DNA of 64,000 nt. Origin: Amphiscolops sp. MND2022. Its lineage: Eukaryota. The stretch covers positions 61,320,001 through 61,384,000 of the forward strand of contig OZ076409.1 of NCBI GenBank assembly GCA_964187785.1, read 5' to 3'. The position numbers and the translations under genes are program-made. Positions 33,839-48,293 of this stretch are shown piece after piece. Within the stretch, counting starts at the first letter, position 1, and each line of letters starts with the position of its first letter. The notes beneath the pieces were generated by a model. The model was given only the letters and a program-made list of their open reading frames with translations. It did no database searches and had not been told where the DNA came from.

Positions 33839-36024
33839 CTAGCTCAGTTTTTTTTTCAACAGTTCATTGGTACCTAGATTAATTTGGATGGTACAAGCAT
33901 TAGAAAAAGTGAATATGTCTCCAAATCTGAGAAAAATGTTTTTTTTTACACAAAAAATGGTTGTATTCGTCCAAAATTCAGTTTTTGGCGAAATCCAGTT
34001 TTCTTGTTACTACAAAAACTTGTTGTTGCCCAAAAAAACTAAAATTCTGAAAAATGGGGCGCGCAGCGACAGGGGCTCACCTAACCAAAATGAAAGCCCA
34101 ATACGACCTTTCCAATGCGCTATAGTTCGTTTCTCTGGTACCCTTAGTTGAGATATTAATGATTTAAAAAAGTTATTCAGATTTTTCGAAAATTTGCAAA
34201 AACACCCAGGTCAATTGGGTTAAGCTTAACTGTTGTTGTTTTTTTACTCATCAGCTTAACTCCTTGGACTTCCATTTAACTCTCTGGTTTTGTGCCTCTG
34301 GAGACAATTTTTTCTGGCGTAATTGAACTCATGACTCAAAATTTGTTCACAATCAAAAAACGGGCGCCCGAAAGTTTTCGAGACAAATCAATGATGTCAA
34401 TTGAAGTTTTTAACCAAAAACGCATTTACCACCAAACCGAAATGTTATCAGTCGCTATTCGAGACTTCTCAACATCAGCCTGCTCTGTCCGTTCTACGTC
34501 AGAAACGAAGCTTTAGAAAAACAACGTTCAGCGATTGTCGACGAGGGTAAAACAGATTGACCGACGACTTGGACTCCTTGAGTATTTTCAGTAGATAGAG
34601 TTTATATTTTCAGTATAAAATTCTTGGCTTATAGTGTTGTTAGTTGGCGCTTTGCTTCTGGAAGTATTTTCTTGGGTGGAGCGGAATGCTTCTTCAAAAT
34701 CGTCTAAGTCCGGAAATTTCTTCAGTTGATATGTCGCTGAGCGTCACGTCGATTGGCTCAAGGGAACATGAATTTCCACCGTTGTCTTTTCTTCATAGGC
34801 CCCAAGAGGTAAGTAATTCTTCTCTGGATTTGGCTGGCACGCACCCTTCAGTATTGAACAGTAGTTGCGGAAATGTTTGGTTTGGTTCATTCGAACTGAC
34901 AATTGCGCCAAAAAATTCTTAACAGGATCGCGTTTTGTTTATTCGAGAATCCTTTCTACATACTGTTTGATCTTAATTAATCAAGGTATGACTTTCCATG
35001 AACCGATCGATATGTGTCTTCAAAAGCTCTGTGTTTCGAGTGACCATACCAGCGGGTATTTGAGAGAATCGGCCGGGAAAACTCCTTTAAGGAACTGCTG
35101 TGTTGTTTGAAGGAAGGTATATTCAAGACGGAGTCCAGAATGCAATGAATCTCACAAAGGGAATTGTCATGAGAGTCTAATGGAACTCCTCTGCACGTAA
35201 AAACACCTGAGTGCCTTGAATGAGACTCTATCATCGAATTTCAGTTGTCGCTGAAAGGCTATACGGTTTTCAGGTTGCAAGTGGCTTTCCACCAGTGCGC
35301 TTTCAGCTCACCACTACGGCCAGGCCGTAGTTTCCAACACTTCCTTGAAAATCTATGTACTGATTTATTTGACTGCAGTGATGCAAATACGTACCGCGAT
35401 GCTAAATAGGGTTAATGGTGCGGTGATCTGACAAACTCATGTATCCAATGAGCCTTGTCAAGAACGGCTAGCAGTAGTCTGCACGAAAAACATTCATTAG
35501 GAACATTGTTTTTGCAATGCGTGACTGAAGTTTGCGTTTGTGTGAACCCCCAGGAAAGAGACAGAATGAGTGATGCCAGGCTGATCCTTATTCTCAAATT
35601 TTTCTTCGCACGCCGCATGCTTCCGGATGGTCTACTTTGAGGTTTGGTTGAGCATTTGGAAGGAAAATGTTTTTTTTTCCGAGCCCACCAAAAGTTTTCT
35701 GACATTTGCTTTCATGGTTCTCCCCTTTTTGCCTGAAGAGAATGAACGAATCGCGGATTGTCGCATTTGTGCCGTCTCATGTCCCTGTATCTCTAGGATT
35801 ACGTCTCTATAATCCGTGTACTATGATATTGGATGACGCACTGTCTACCATACTGTACTAAATGAATTGGACCTCTGATTGTAAAAATTGCTCAGGAGTC
35901 GATTAAAGGAGACCAAAATCTTCTGAAGGGAAAAGTAAAGTCGAAAACTCTAGACTGAAAGTTTAATGAATTTTAATGTTGATTACTTTTTGTTTGAAAA
36001 TTCTGATATCAATATAGAAAAACT

Positions 36025-36516
36025 GATACAATTCAAGCAGCGTGGTCCTGCCTTGAACTAATCCAAGCACTGTGGTCCCTCATTTAGGCTGTGGTCCCTT
36101 AGTTGAAACTCATTTTGGGTCTCGAAATCTTTATCTCCTTCTCAATCGAAATTTTTTAAATTTTATATGCGATGGACACCGCCACACTTTTTCTCCTCTT
36201 CCCATTTTTACTTCGGACATTGCACGACCACATGTGGAAAATCCGAGGCAGTGTCTTGCCAAAACTTGTTTATCTCTCAAAAATCCAACTGCAGAGGAAT
36301 AGTTTGCCGTATGCTGGCTCTCAAAAGCAAGATTCACGTTCTCACTTCTAGTCCAGGCAAACTAGTGAATGGATGATTATGACTCTAATTATGCTCATTG
36401 TCAACTATACAAACTATTCATAGAGAATGCGGAGAATAGTGCGGATCCACTCTGCTTGAATTAGTTTTGGCTCGGATGCTGGATAGGCCGATGGACCGCA
36501 TTGCTTGAACTGTACC
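36025..36516. mobile_element. TIR element with TTCAAGCA...GGTCC arms
   Basis: GATACAATTCAAGCAGCGTGGTCC versus inverted GGACCGCATTGCTTGAACTGTACC; flanks GAAAAACT / CAAAAACT. Shares TGTGGTCCCT with 969-1371. Confidence 0.6.
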
Positions 36517-39500
36517 CAAAAACTTAAAAGCTATGCATTTTACTACTGATTTTTTTTCTAACTTGGTTCAAATTCCGAAGGCCTTGATTTTAAAAAATGT
36601 CATTTTGAATCTTTCAGGCGCGTTTTTAAGAAAAGTGTCCACTTGGATATTTTTCGTTGGAAGAGACTTCAATTAGTTTCAGAGGAAGAAACTTCAACGC
36701 AAGATTTTCAGAAACCCATATATAACTATAGTTTTTCTTCGGATTTTCTGTAAACAAAACGAGCATTTTATTGACAATCAATTGATGGATTAGTTTGTGT
36801 CAACATACAAAATTGCGGAACCGGGTCAGTGAGACGTGTAAATTTGCGAAACTTTTCTCATTGATCAAGATTTACCAGTAAATACAAGTTGTTGAAAGTG
36901 ACATTACAAAGCTACAAAATTGTTTGCAAAGCTGATTCTGAAGTGTTTTCACAAATTTATTGATATTTTACCAAGATTACCTTCAAAATAACTCGCGTTT
37001 CGAGCTAATTTAATTTCAGTCCAAATCATTTTTTACAATCAGGGGTCCAATTCATTTATTATTTTCCGACCCCACATTTTATAAATGGGGGAGGAAAATC
37101 ATGATCTGTGACGCGTTTTTTTTCAAATTTTGCCAAATCTCCACCTTTTGATTACTTGACTATTTTATATAGCTACTAGTAACTAAAATAGTCAAGTAAC
37201 TAAAATAGCATACAGCGGGAATAATATCTAAGGTCAAAAAAGAGAATAGGATCTAAAATTTCAGGGCGGGAATAAGATCTAAAAGGAATAAGATCTAAAA
37301 TCACTAAATTTTAGTACTTATCCTTTGGATCCTATTTCCCCCTCCCAAAATAGCTAGTTGGTTCTGTAGGCTCAGTTGATGAAGGCGAGAACAGGGCGGA
37401 AAATATCCCGGTGCTTTACGGGCGTCTTGTTGAGGCTATGTAACGTACAACGGCTGTGAAGTGCTATTGATTAGCATTGCGCAAGCAACAACCACTGGTA
37501 TAGCCAGATAAATAGTTTACCCAATGTGTGCTTTCTGCTATGCCTAAGTGCGACTAACACGCTCAATCGCTTTCAAAAGTCTGGTTGTACATGTACGTTA
37601 GGTATTTTGTACATCACTGCAATTTTAGGAAAAAGTATCGCAATACTACCGCCTATTCTGAATGTCATGGATGTTGTCAGAAAAATATTGGAAATTTATT
37701 ATAGATTATTTTTGAATCAGTTAGAAAACTCCATCACTCAAAATTGCAACTTTCGAAACCAATTATCTTGAAAACTGCCAGGAATGCGAAAAATTGTCTG
37801 CTCGGAAAGTTTAGATTTTTTTGTAGTCTTCAAATATATCTGTTACAAAATTGTGCGACAAAAATTACAACAGTTAGAAAATGTTAATTTCAGCAAAATT
37901 TATTCATTTTTCACTTTTATCTATTTCCAAGAAGTTTTAATTACAAGAAGTTATTTCCAAAGAATTACTTTCTAAGCTTATAGCCAAGCGTTTGCCCCCA
38001 AATTGCCTGAGGGTGCTAGTATAATTTGGTTGAAAAACTTTAGATTTCAAAGAATAATACTCAAAGTTCTAAATACGACTTTTACTGCCTATCTGAATGG
38101 ATGCGGGACAAAACAGTCGATTTTAAAACGAGACAAAACAGCCGATTCCCAATCAGGACAATTCAATAGGTTCGGGAGATTATATAGAGTTTCGGAATAG
38201 AAAAATTTTGATTTTTAGCTACTTTATTTTCGAAAAAACTCATTTCAATTAAAATTCACTAAAATTTCTATTTACTGAAATTTCATACAACCATTTGTGT
38301 AAACTTTTGGCAAACTTTTCGATTTGTGACAGTTTACGAAATAATTGGGCTTGAATTTGGATATTTTAAGCAACCGCTATTTTAGAACGCTACTGTAATA
38401 TTTCTCATAGTTCATCAACAAATGTTTACCCTCGGAAAATAATGGCTGAAATCTCAACACATGTGACTGAACCGAATTATCAGAGGAAGTAAAATGGATT
38501 GAAAAAAAACTTACGTGCCGACTGTTTTCAACTTTGGGTGTTCTCTCTCCATAACTGGCAAATGATTTACGTGTCTCAAAGACTATGAATATAAGCGACT
38601 GTCTTCTGTATGTTTTATAATCACAGTTGGCGCTGAATGTCAAATTTGCATTCAATATATTGAATGAACCTTTGTGAAGGAGCGCTTTTTATTCCTTTTC
38701 CAATGACGGGTGCTACTGTAGTTGGCGTGATTTGCCTTCGCTCTTACAAGGAATATGGTGGTGCTTCATGGAACACAGAAAATTTAGTGGGAATGGGTAG
38801 AATATAAGCAATGAATAAAGATGCAATCCCCACCAGATTTGTTCTCGCCACACACTACACTACATGTTAGGTCTGCGACTAAAGGCAAATTTGCATCTTG
38901 AAGCTCGGTGCCTGCTTTTTAAAATTCGGGACTGGAATTGAAATCACTGTAAAAAAGACATTGTTGAATACAGAGCGCCCGCGATGTTGTAAGTAAAGCA
39001 TAGCATTAGTGCGTATTCATTTTTGTTCCGTTTAGCTGTAGATGCTATTTGTCCCTTACTACCAAGCGTACGAACGGCCAATAGAACATACGGTAATCTG
39101 CGATCGCGTGGTCGTTATTCATACCAGAGGAAGATCATTTAGCTGCCTGGGAGCTAAAACCGACGAACGCACTTGCAATTAGCAGGAGAAAGAATTCTCT
39201 GAATATACCTTAACGGTATTGTATTTCTGACATACTGGAAGTTCACATGTTTTCAAGCGGAAAGGGGTTTCTAGCAATGTTGGTTGTTGAATATGACAAG
39301 CAACATTTTAATTTTCTATTTCACGCTTTAACTGTCCTTTGCTTACATGACACATTTATGTCAATGGAGGACCTTTTTCCGCTGACGCAACTTCCTTCGT
39401 TGAAACCCTCGCTCGGCTACATATTAACACGCTTTTTAAAACGGTTGAGTACCGCTATTCCGTTTATCAGTATTATACATTCATATTCGAAGCTTTGCGT

Positions 39501-41730
39501 ATGGGTATATAGTTTCAGGAGAGAACGCTAAATGAAACGATTTTTGAAGGTGAAAGTATGGCATTTTTGAGCAAAAGCACGCGACTATTACAGTGACCAG
39601 TTTACACGTCCACTTTTTGCTAACTGATTTCATTTGTGAATAAAAACCGTGCATCCTTTGATTACATGAGAATATTGCCCTTTTACGAAGCAAGGAAAAA
39701 ACCACACCCTCATCTTTGACTGTAATTTTTCCAATTGACATATTTTCCTCACTTTTGTTTCCAAAGAGTCCCTTTTCAATAATTTGAACGCTTGAAACAA
39801 AGGTGGAGGAAAACGTTTCTCAAAAACAGACCATTAACGAATTTGCAATAACACAGTGTCAATTTTTTCTCGCCTGTTTCTGTCGATCGCTTCAAAATGC
39901 TTTGAAATTAATTGACGTCACTTGTACGCCTTATTTTTGTTTTCGGTTTCATTGGTAAGGACATTTTGAGAACCCGCAAGTCTCAGAACGAAAAATATAA
40001 AATTTTGATCGTTTCCGCAAGACACATTTTTTTAGATGAAGTAGTTTTTTCAAGTCTTAAAATAAAATTCTTCGAGGAGAATTTTGCTTGAAAAAAAACG
40101 TTGCTTGGTGACCAGATTCAAACCTTGTCAGGTAATTTCATAATTGAACATAATGTCAGAAAATGCCGACTACCATAAATCTTTCTTTTAGCAAGTAAAC
40201 AAACAGTGAACGGCTTAAGTCGGCACCCCGCTCAAGGCAAAAAAGTGGAAAGTACTTCAGAACGCCTCGGGTCGAAAAAGATACTGTATTTTTCAAACAG
40301 CCTGTTCTGAAAGGCTGTTTTTATGAAAGTTTTGAATCATATTGCCGAAAAATATTCCTTGGCCTTCAAATGGGTTTTTCCTAAATGAGAATCCCAAAGC
40401 CTCAAAAATCCCAAAGCGAGAACCTTTCTGTGAGCTTAAAATTTTCAACCGCATCATGCCGAAAAAGACTCCCTCAATCACACTCTTGTGATTTTAAGCT
40501 GAAGGTAGATTTTTTGGTCTTTTCGGCAAGATTGAAAAAATGACAAAAGCCAGTATAATAGCCGCGTTACATTGCATGAAGCGCCGACTAAAAACGGTGC
40601 TGTTGGAAGGACTATTCTCGGGTTCGGCTCGTAGTTTTCCTTGGTTTTCTTCCACTTGGTTGTTCATTGAATTATCACTCGTGACCTTGTGCTTACTTAA
40701 TCTAGCGACGATTTGCAATATTTCTTGTTGCCTAATCCTTCAAGCTAAAAGAGCTCAATTATCTGAAAGCTTCGCTCAGTCGCTTTTTTCGTCACTGAAA
40801 GTTCCGTTTCAGCATATTGGTTTCTTGATTTCGCTGACATTTTCTTCCGTAGTTAGTTTCCGTGTTGAATTTCTGTTCTTTTTCATTTGAAACATTCATG
40901 TCTTCTGTTGCAACAAAAACAGTCATCTGAATATTTGTTGTTGAGGTTAACGCCTCGAAGTAAGTTTCTTGTTATTTTCAAGTAGAGAATCAGAGTGGCA
41001 TAAGTCGGCGACCCACTCAATTTCAAAAAGCACAAATCGTTAAGAAAATGTTTTCGGAAATAATTCAATCTCGCGGAAAACGTTCGAGCTTCTTATGGTT
41101 TGCAAAGGTTTTTTTTTCTAACTGGAAAAGAAATCAAGAAAAGCAAAGTGAAGATACTTGGAGGCATGTTGAATGAACAGTTTTCCGGATCCGGAGAAAA
41201 GTTACCCTGGCCGAAAAAAAACATCCATCGCTTTCTACGTCGTATGAGTGTCAAAATAAAAGGTTTTAGACATTTTTGGTCACTTCCGCTGGATTGAGCA
41301 AAGTAAAACTGACGAAACGCCTCTATAATGATCTTGTCTTTATTTTAAAGCGCCCACCAAAAATCGAGGTACATCATATCGCCTTGTCGTCGACTTGTGC
41401 CCTCTTTCATGATGGGAACGTGGGTTCGAATCAGCACAGGACTGATTTTCCCAAAGCTATACGGGCCCAAATCTTCCCTTTTAACCGATTGCTGAATGTT
41501 GAAATGATTCAACTTTTTGTTGAATTCTCAAATTCAACTAATCGAACAGTTTCTGTGATGAATTTGTTCTCAGTTAGAAATGAGACACGAATCTCGAATA
41601 CTTGACGTATCAAACGAAAACATCATAGAAGATATTATCGCGTTATCACATACGTCATCGGAATAAGAAATTCAAGGTACGAAGTTCAGTCCAACACGCC
41701 CCCTATCAATTCAAAAGATATACCAGTGGG

Positions 41731-42148
41731 TTTTTAGGAGTCTGAAAAAAGGTTCGACTACTTATGCAATCGTATCGTTTTTCTCCCGACCTTTGAATGA
41801 AAATTTCAAAGTTATCAAAAACTGTCCATACGATTTTCATAAAATTTTGCACAGTCATTCTACACCCAAAGGGCCCCTGCGTGCGCAATGGCATCGAAAT
41901 CATATGACTGGAATGTGAGAAACATAGCCAAAATAGCCCAAAGATTATCAAAAAACTGCCATTTTTGGACTTTTTTCCCAATTTTCGCGAAAACTGTCCA
42001 TACGATTCGAACGAAATTTTGTACAGTCATTTTACACCATATTATGATCATATATATGCAAGGGCATCAAAATCGTATGACTGGGATTCGAGCGAGTTAG
42101 AAGGAAAAAGACCTAAGCGGACTCCTTCACCGCACATTCGGCTCTAGT
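41731..42148 (+). mobile_element. Helitron2/Helentron-like non-autonomous element, family B
   Basis: TTTTTAGGAGTC head; 3' GACTCCT subTIR; CCG..CGG hairpin; ends CTCTAG. Homologous to 54144-54784. Confidence 0.78.
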
Positions 42149-44491
42149 TCATATCGTTCTATCTAGAAGTTTAAAATTTTGACGTGTAAATTATAAGTTA
42201 CTCATCAGGTATTTTAAAATGTATAGTGAACAAATTGAATAGATGCACATCAGATTTCAATTCTGTGAGCATTTAGAAAACATTAGAAACGCAACTTGAG
42301 GTGTCGCTGTCTAGTTTTTATGAATCTTTTGAAGTAATTTTTTTCTGTTAATTCGGTTGAATTCGGAGAGCTGAAAGTCTTATAGAAATGTCGGTGATAC
42401 CAAGTTTTTTTAGTTTTTGAAATTCTTTGTGCATTCATTTTGCGTTTAAAAGCTTGAAATTTCAGTTCAGTATTCGAGAAACATGTGCTTCTGGCTGTTG
42501 TTCGTTTCTACAGTATAATTTTATTAAATTTTCTCTGACTGATCGAGTAAAATAATTTTGTACTTTATAGCCGTGTCAATTTTAAAATTCTTCTATTGTA
42601 TTACGTCCAGCAGCTTTTGATTTAAATATAGTTTGATGATCGCGATATCATGATTACTGCTTACATTTGGCGTTTAATTGTACTGCTTTTGACTTCCTTT
42701 AGTTTGAGTTTTCTTTGATCAGTGTTTCTTAACAAAGATTTTTAGTATTTTGATTTCAAGGTATTTAAGTTTCCGGTCACTGCGATAATCACTCCCTACC
42801 AATCAAAGTTCTCGCAAGCAAAGCAATACCGGAACACCATTTAGTGTTCTGATAAACTCATTGTTTTTAAACAAAAAAGTTATACCGTGACAATCGATTA
42901 CCGAACTTCGGTTTAGAAACACTTGGCCTAAATGTAGTGATAGCTAAATACCAGTGATAATTTGCTGACATTAGATTACGCCATTGGTGCTATTACGCAT
43001 TGATAATTCCTGTGGGGATTCCTTTAGTTACAACATCGTTTAGATGGTTAGGAAAATACAAACTTTCTAAACAAATCTTGGTTCATTTGATATTAGCTGG
43101 AATCAAGACGCAACAATTACTGTCTTTGTTCAACATGTCATGACAATCAGTAAGTTTTTGATAACGTAGAGAAATTGAAAGTGTTAGCCGCCTATACCAA
43201 ATAAAGAAATTACATTTGCTTGGTCTTGTAAACTTTCGTCACCCCTTTGTTTTTAAGGATAATTTGCATTAATTGAAATTTGATTATGATTTTTATGCGA
43301 GTTTTGTAATCTAGCTAGCAATTACAAAATTGATAAAGAAGGACTTATCAATGCTGTATTAAACGTTTTCGACACAGTGTGTCATCATCAGAACTGAAAA
43401 AAAAGAAGTAACCAAAACTTAAATGAATGTTGAAGATAGAGCACCAGAAAAAATTCAAAATTGTCTACTTTGACGTATATCAAATTTTATCATAATCATC
43501 AAGTTTTGTGAATGTAAATCTAAAGAAACTGGTTTAAAACACGGGAAATTTATAGGTTTTATGAAATATATTGCTGAAAACTCACCTGGCCGCGCTTTTG
43601 AAATCAACTTTAGACTGTTGCGACTGTAAGTTCTGCATTTTACTACAAGAATAACCAAGTAAGCAAATAGTAAAATCTCTTATCTTCCCGTCAAATTAAG
43701 ATAAGATTGTTTCAATTCAAGTTAAGATTCAAAAATAACTCCAACTTTACGAGATTTCGGGCCTTTGGTTTTATATCAATAACTACAGGTGCAATTTGCT
43801 GATAGGGTTGCTTCGCTATTGCTAGCTATCTGACACGGTACGATTACACACTAATTGCTTCTGCTGAACAATCAGTGTCGATTGTATACCAAAATAAACT
43901 GTTAGTTGGTTGGTTCCCACAATTGTGCTTTTACGCAAATTAGGTGTCGTCCCTTGGGCTATAAAGCAGAGTAAATAGGTGTTTGCACCTCAGGTCGCTA
44001 AGTCCGCAAATGAACAAAAAATATTCAACGTGAACAAACCCCCTCCCCTCTGTGTTGTGAATTTACATGATAAGATGAATGGAAATTGAAAGAGATGGAA
44101 CCAATTAGTCTGGTTCCGTTTTACTCTTTTTATTCTCGCAGGTTTTTGTTTGCAGTGTCCCCGGGGTTGAAAAATTCAAATATCCACAAATTCCATTTGT
44201 GTGATTACTTTATGTATGGCGTTTTTGATGTAATTCTAATTTATATTCAGCTAAATTGCAGACACAACTGTCAGATGGAATAAACATTCAAAATTGTGGG
44301 ATCAGAAGTTGTGAAATGCAATTGAACATATCTTTCATGTACATTCCATCATAACTATTGTTATCTACCATTCAAGAACATTTAAACCAAGGGATACCAA
44401 TCTCTTCCGAGGTTTGGAGTTCCGAGGGTTTTGCTTCTGGTTACAATTTCCACATTATCATCAAATTCTCCATTGTTCTAAGCTTTGTAGT

Positions 44492-46670
44492 CAGGGGTTA
44501 TCAAAAAAATTAATTGCGCAACGAAAAATCACATATTTGGCGAAAAATTATTTAATTGCAATTATATATAACGACAAATCAATTAATTGGGCCGAATAAA
44601 TTAATTGCATTTAATTGCACGACAAACTAGTTTTTCGTCCCAGTACTTTTTGTTCAACTTAAGGAACAACTGTATTTCCAGATTTGAGGGATTCAGCGCC
44701 TGTCTAAAATTATTGGAGGTATATCCAGAAAGGCTGAAAATATCTTTTGACTAGATTAGAGGTTGGCAAGAGGAATTTGGTACAATTATATTGCGACACA
44801 TTCTTTGACGTATCAAGTTTCCGGCGTTTTAGAATGCTAACAGTAAAATTTTTGTCCGAACAGGTACTTGATTGAGTTTGATTCACCACCGGTAGTTTCA
44901 GTGACTCAGTTTCGAATACTTCGGTCTCGTTCGTTATTTCTTCTTGCCAATTCTGAATTTTTACAATAGCAGACTCGAAATTAGGCGATAACAATTGTTC
45001 TGTGATATTAATCCGAAAGATCAAGAACCCAAAGGAATAGATCATACTGATCTTTTGGCAGTGAAACTAGTTTCCTTCATGAGTGGGGGAACGCAAGCAA
45101 CACTGTTTCATATTCATTGCTCTTAGATAAAGCCCCAAAATTCCTATGAAATGTGTAAATTTCTTTGTCCAGCCATCCAAGCGAATCGCGAATTTTGAGA
45201 GTAACAGCTTTCTTGTTTGACCCTCGACCTTTTTCGTGATAACGTCCATGTATTTTTTGAACCAATTGACAGAAATTGGTTCCAAGTTTGTATATAGGCG
45301 TGTCAAGGGGTCTTCTACAAAGCTGAAAGGTTTTAACGAAGTGCAAATCCAGTTTACCCAACAGTAAATGTCATTAGTTTTTCGATCAATTCTCCCCACT
45401 CATTGGAAGCTTAAACGCGACTGGTTATCAATAAGCTCGTTTCTATGCTGGGGTTTGAGGCGATTTGATAGGTTTGTCCACCCATGATTTTGTTCCTGGG
45501 AAAGTTTTTTCCGCAGTTGCTAATCCATTTGTGGTCTTCTTCGTTTTCTAATTTGAAATACTTTGAGCAAATATGTTTAGACGAAGACATGGCATCTGTA
45601 ACAAGCAAGCAGTTCTAATTTGAAATACTTTAAGCAATTATTTTTTGACAAAGACATGAAATCTATAACAAGCAAGCAGAGCAAATGTAGTTGTATACTC
45701 CGCAGCCAGAGTTGGAATTAATTCACGCTGTGAAATTCCGTGCAATGCAGTGAATTTTAGCCATTCAGAAAGCGCCATGTAAATAAAATTTCAATCAATG
45801 CACTTTTTATGAAAATCACTACGTTATTCCATTTCTGCGGTAACAGGAATTATATTGAAATCTCAAGATGTCTACTCTTTTTCAGTACAATTCTTGTCGT
45901 GATACTGAAAAGTTCAGATATTTTGTTCGGCAGTGACTATAAGCGTGAGAATTAAATTTCTCAAGTTGTCGACGACAATACAAATCTCGTGCGATGGAAC
46001 GAGCGAGTGGTAATTAATCATTCGTACGCTGACGTCATTGAGATGAAGTGAGCGAATGTTCGTAGTTATGCTTTCGTATGCTTTTCGAGTTATTGAGATG
46101 ACGCGAATGAGTGGTAATTATTCGTTAGCTGAGAGCTTCGCCTGCATTCAAATGCGAATGCGAAACTTCGTCTACACTTAGTTGTTACATTTGCTTTAGT
46201 CCGAGATTTAAAGGCGGTATAAACTGGTACAGTGATTAATAGTGCGCTAAATAATGATTAAACAGGAGTGTATTGGTCTTCCAGATATGATTCTATTATT
46301 AATGAAAGATTAAGGCAGGAATAATAATGTGCCCCGGAGGGGCCTATTTTCATGAAATGTTCCATTCGAAATAATATAGTGGCAATGAGCGTGAATTATC
46401 TCCGTCCCTGGCCGCAACGTGTGAAAGGTCGTATACACACGCGTATTTGTTCATGCTTTCATTATTTGTTCAAGCGTTAATGGCTCTCATTTAAACAAGC
46501 AATATCGCGTGGATGTCCAGAAAAATGTAGCATAAACATTTATATATTTATATTGAAATTTTTTGGCTCGTGTTCAATCAATTAATTGTACTTGTGAAGA
46601 GTCAAAAATCACTTAAATGATTGCAATTAATTTGCAATGTAATTGGCCCAATTACTTTTTGACAACCCTG
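44492..46670 (-). mobile_element. Degraded hAT-like transposon related to 16512-17380
   Basis: TIRs CAGGGGTTATCAAAAAAATTAATTG / CAGGGTTGTCAAAAAGTAATTG; degenerate 8-bp TSD TTTGTAGT / GTTGTAGG. Transposase pieces WVNWI...PFSFVEDPLTR...FAIRLDGWT and LLPTSNLVKRYF at 44710-45590. Confidence 0.85.
45824..46350 (+). mobile_element. Family A HINE-like element nested in the hAT
   Basis: Homologous to 33256-33838; 3' GCAGGAATAAT plus GCCCC-GGA-GGGGC-CTATTTT. Confidence 0.8.
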
Positions 46671-47003
46671 GTTGTAGGGTTGGTCCGAGTTTTTCTAATA
46701 CAGTGCTGTGAGTTTTGCCGTTTAATCCAAGTATATACAGTAGAAACTGCTTCATAGCAATTCGAAGAATAGCAAATAACGTTTATTGGCAAGACGCCTA
46801 TAGGAACGAACCAATAATAACGCATTAGGATTGTATAAGTTAATAGCAAGATTTTAAGAGTAACGAAGCGACTTACTATTAAGCAGTTTCTACTGTAAAT
46901 GCTTAAGTTGAGCCAAAGGAATCATAAAAAGTGTTAAAACTGTACCAATTTTCTGTGTTTGCAGAGAAAATGAATAGAAAACAAGAAAATCAAGAAAAAA
47001 CTA

Positions 47004-48293
47004 GAGTGCTGTGATAAAGAAATGGAACATAAGGCTGTGATAAAGAAATGGGACTCTCCAATTTTACCTCTATTGTTGCCTAAATAAACAAGGCATCGAG
47101 GGTTTAATTGACATGGCCTCCTGTCGTTGTTTGATTTAATAGACGCTGATAATCATTTTGTTAGCAAAATGCCCCAAACCACAGTGAAACAACGATTTCT
47201 TGTTATATCTCATTATAAAGGAAAATCTGTCAATTTTATCTCAAAATCAATGAAAATTTCTAGAACAACCATATTTAACATAATACAACGATACAAAAAG
47301 GACCCAACAACCCTAGAAAATCGACCGAAAACCGGAAGACCTCAAATATTGGACAAGTTTGAGCAGAAATTAATTATTAGAAAGTGTTTGGCTCAGCCAA
47401 ATCTGAATTCTACTCAACTTTTGGCGTCCCTAGAGTTATCACAAAAGGTTTCTACAAGTTACGTCCGGAAGCTGTTATTGAGAAACGGATTACATGCAAA
47501 AGTTTGCACTTCAAAACCGTTTCTTTCCAGAGCGAATCGACTTAAACGAGACGTTTGGGCAAAAGATATGTTACAAAAATCCGACCTTTTTGGGAAAATG
47601 TACTGTTTTCGGACGAAACAATGATTGAGTTGTTCCCAAAACGGAGAAATTTTGTCCGCCTACCCAAACAGAGTGGAATTCCGAATCTCGAGTCGGCAAA
47701 AATATGTTTGTCAGCATGCTAAATTTGGTGGAATAAAGATGAGGTTTTGGGGTTTTATCAAAGAGTCAGGTGAAAGAAAGTTGATAAAAGTGGAGAATCG
47801 TGTCAATTCAAGCGTTTACACCAGCATTTTGGCCTATCATTTGCTTCCTCATATGTATTTGGGTGAAGTTTTGCAGCAAGCTCATAAATCAGCGGAAACT
47901 TGTACATCGTTTCTCGAAAACGGTGTTGACGTTCTCGAAAATTGGCCCCTAAACTCGCCAGATCTCAATATTATCGAAAATTTGTGGTCTATTCTAAAAG
48001 GCAGAGTTGCGAAGAGACACCCCAAAACTTTGGAGGACTTGGAAACTTTTGCTCTTGAAAAATTTTACGCAATTCCTGACGAATATGTACAAAAACTTTT
48101 CAAGTCGATAAAAAATCGGTTGATTCTAACTAAAATTAACCGGGGAGGTTTCACCCGATATTGAAAGCTTCAATATTTTACCTAGTTTGTTAATACTGTT
48201 TCAATATTTTCATGAGGTTGTTCAATTGAATGTTTTTCATTAGTCCCATTTCTTTTTCACAGCCCTGTGTTCCATTTCTTTATCACAGTACTG
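47004..48293 (+). mobile_element. Tc1-family DNA transposon with both TIRs and an inactivated transposase
   Basis: ~50-bp TIRs, each with two CTGTGA(T/A)AAAGAAATGG repeats; TA at 47002-47003 and 48294-48295. Transposase from ATG 47169 to 48164 with HTH/GRP motifs, WENVLFSDET (shifted frame) and WPLNSPDLNIIENLW. Confidence 0.95.

Larger units (their letters stand above)
32979..34219. mobile_element. piggyBac-like MITE hosting two Helentron-like insertions
   Basis: TTAA|CC...GGG|TTAA termini; both ends are homologous to the reversed copy at 55768-56860. Confidence 0.72.

Noticed and set aside
40490..42800. Possible decayed ORFs or LINE linker region around the family B element
   Set aside because: Lysine-rich fragments only, with no diagnostic motif to support a call.
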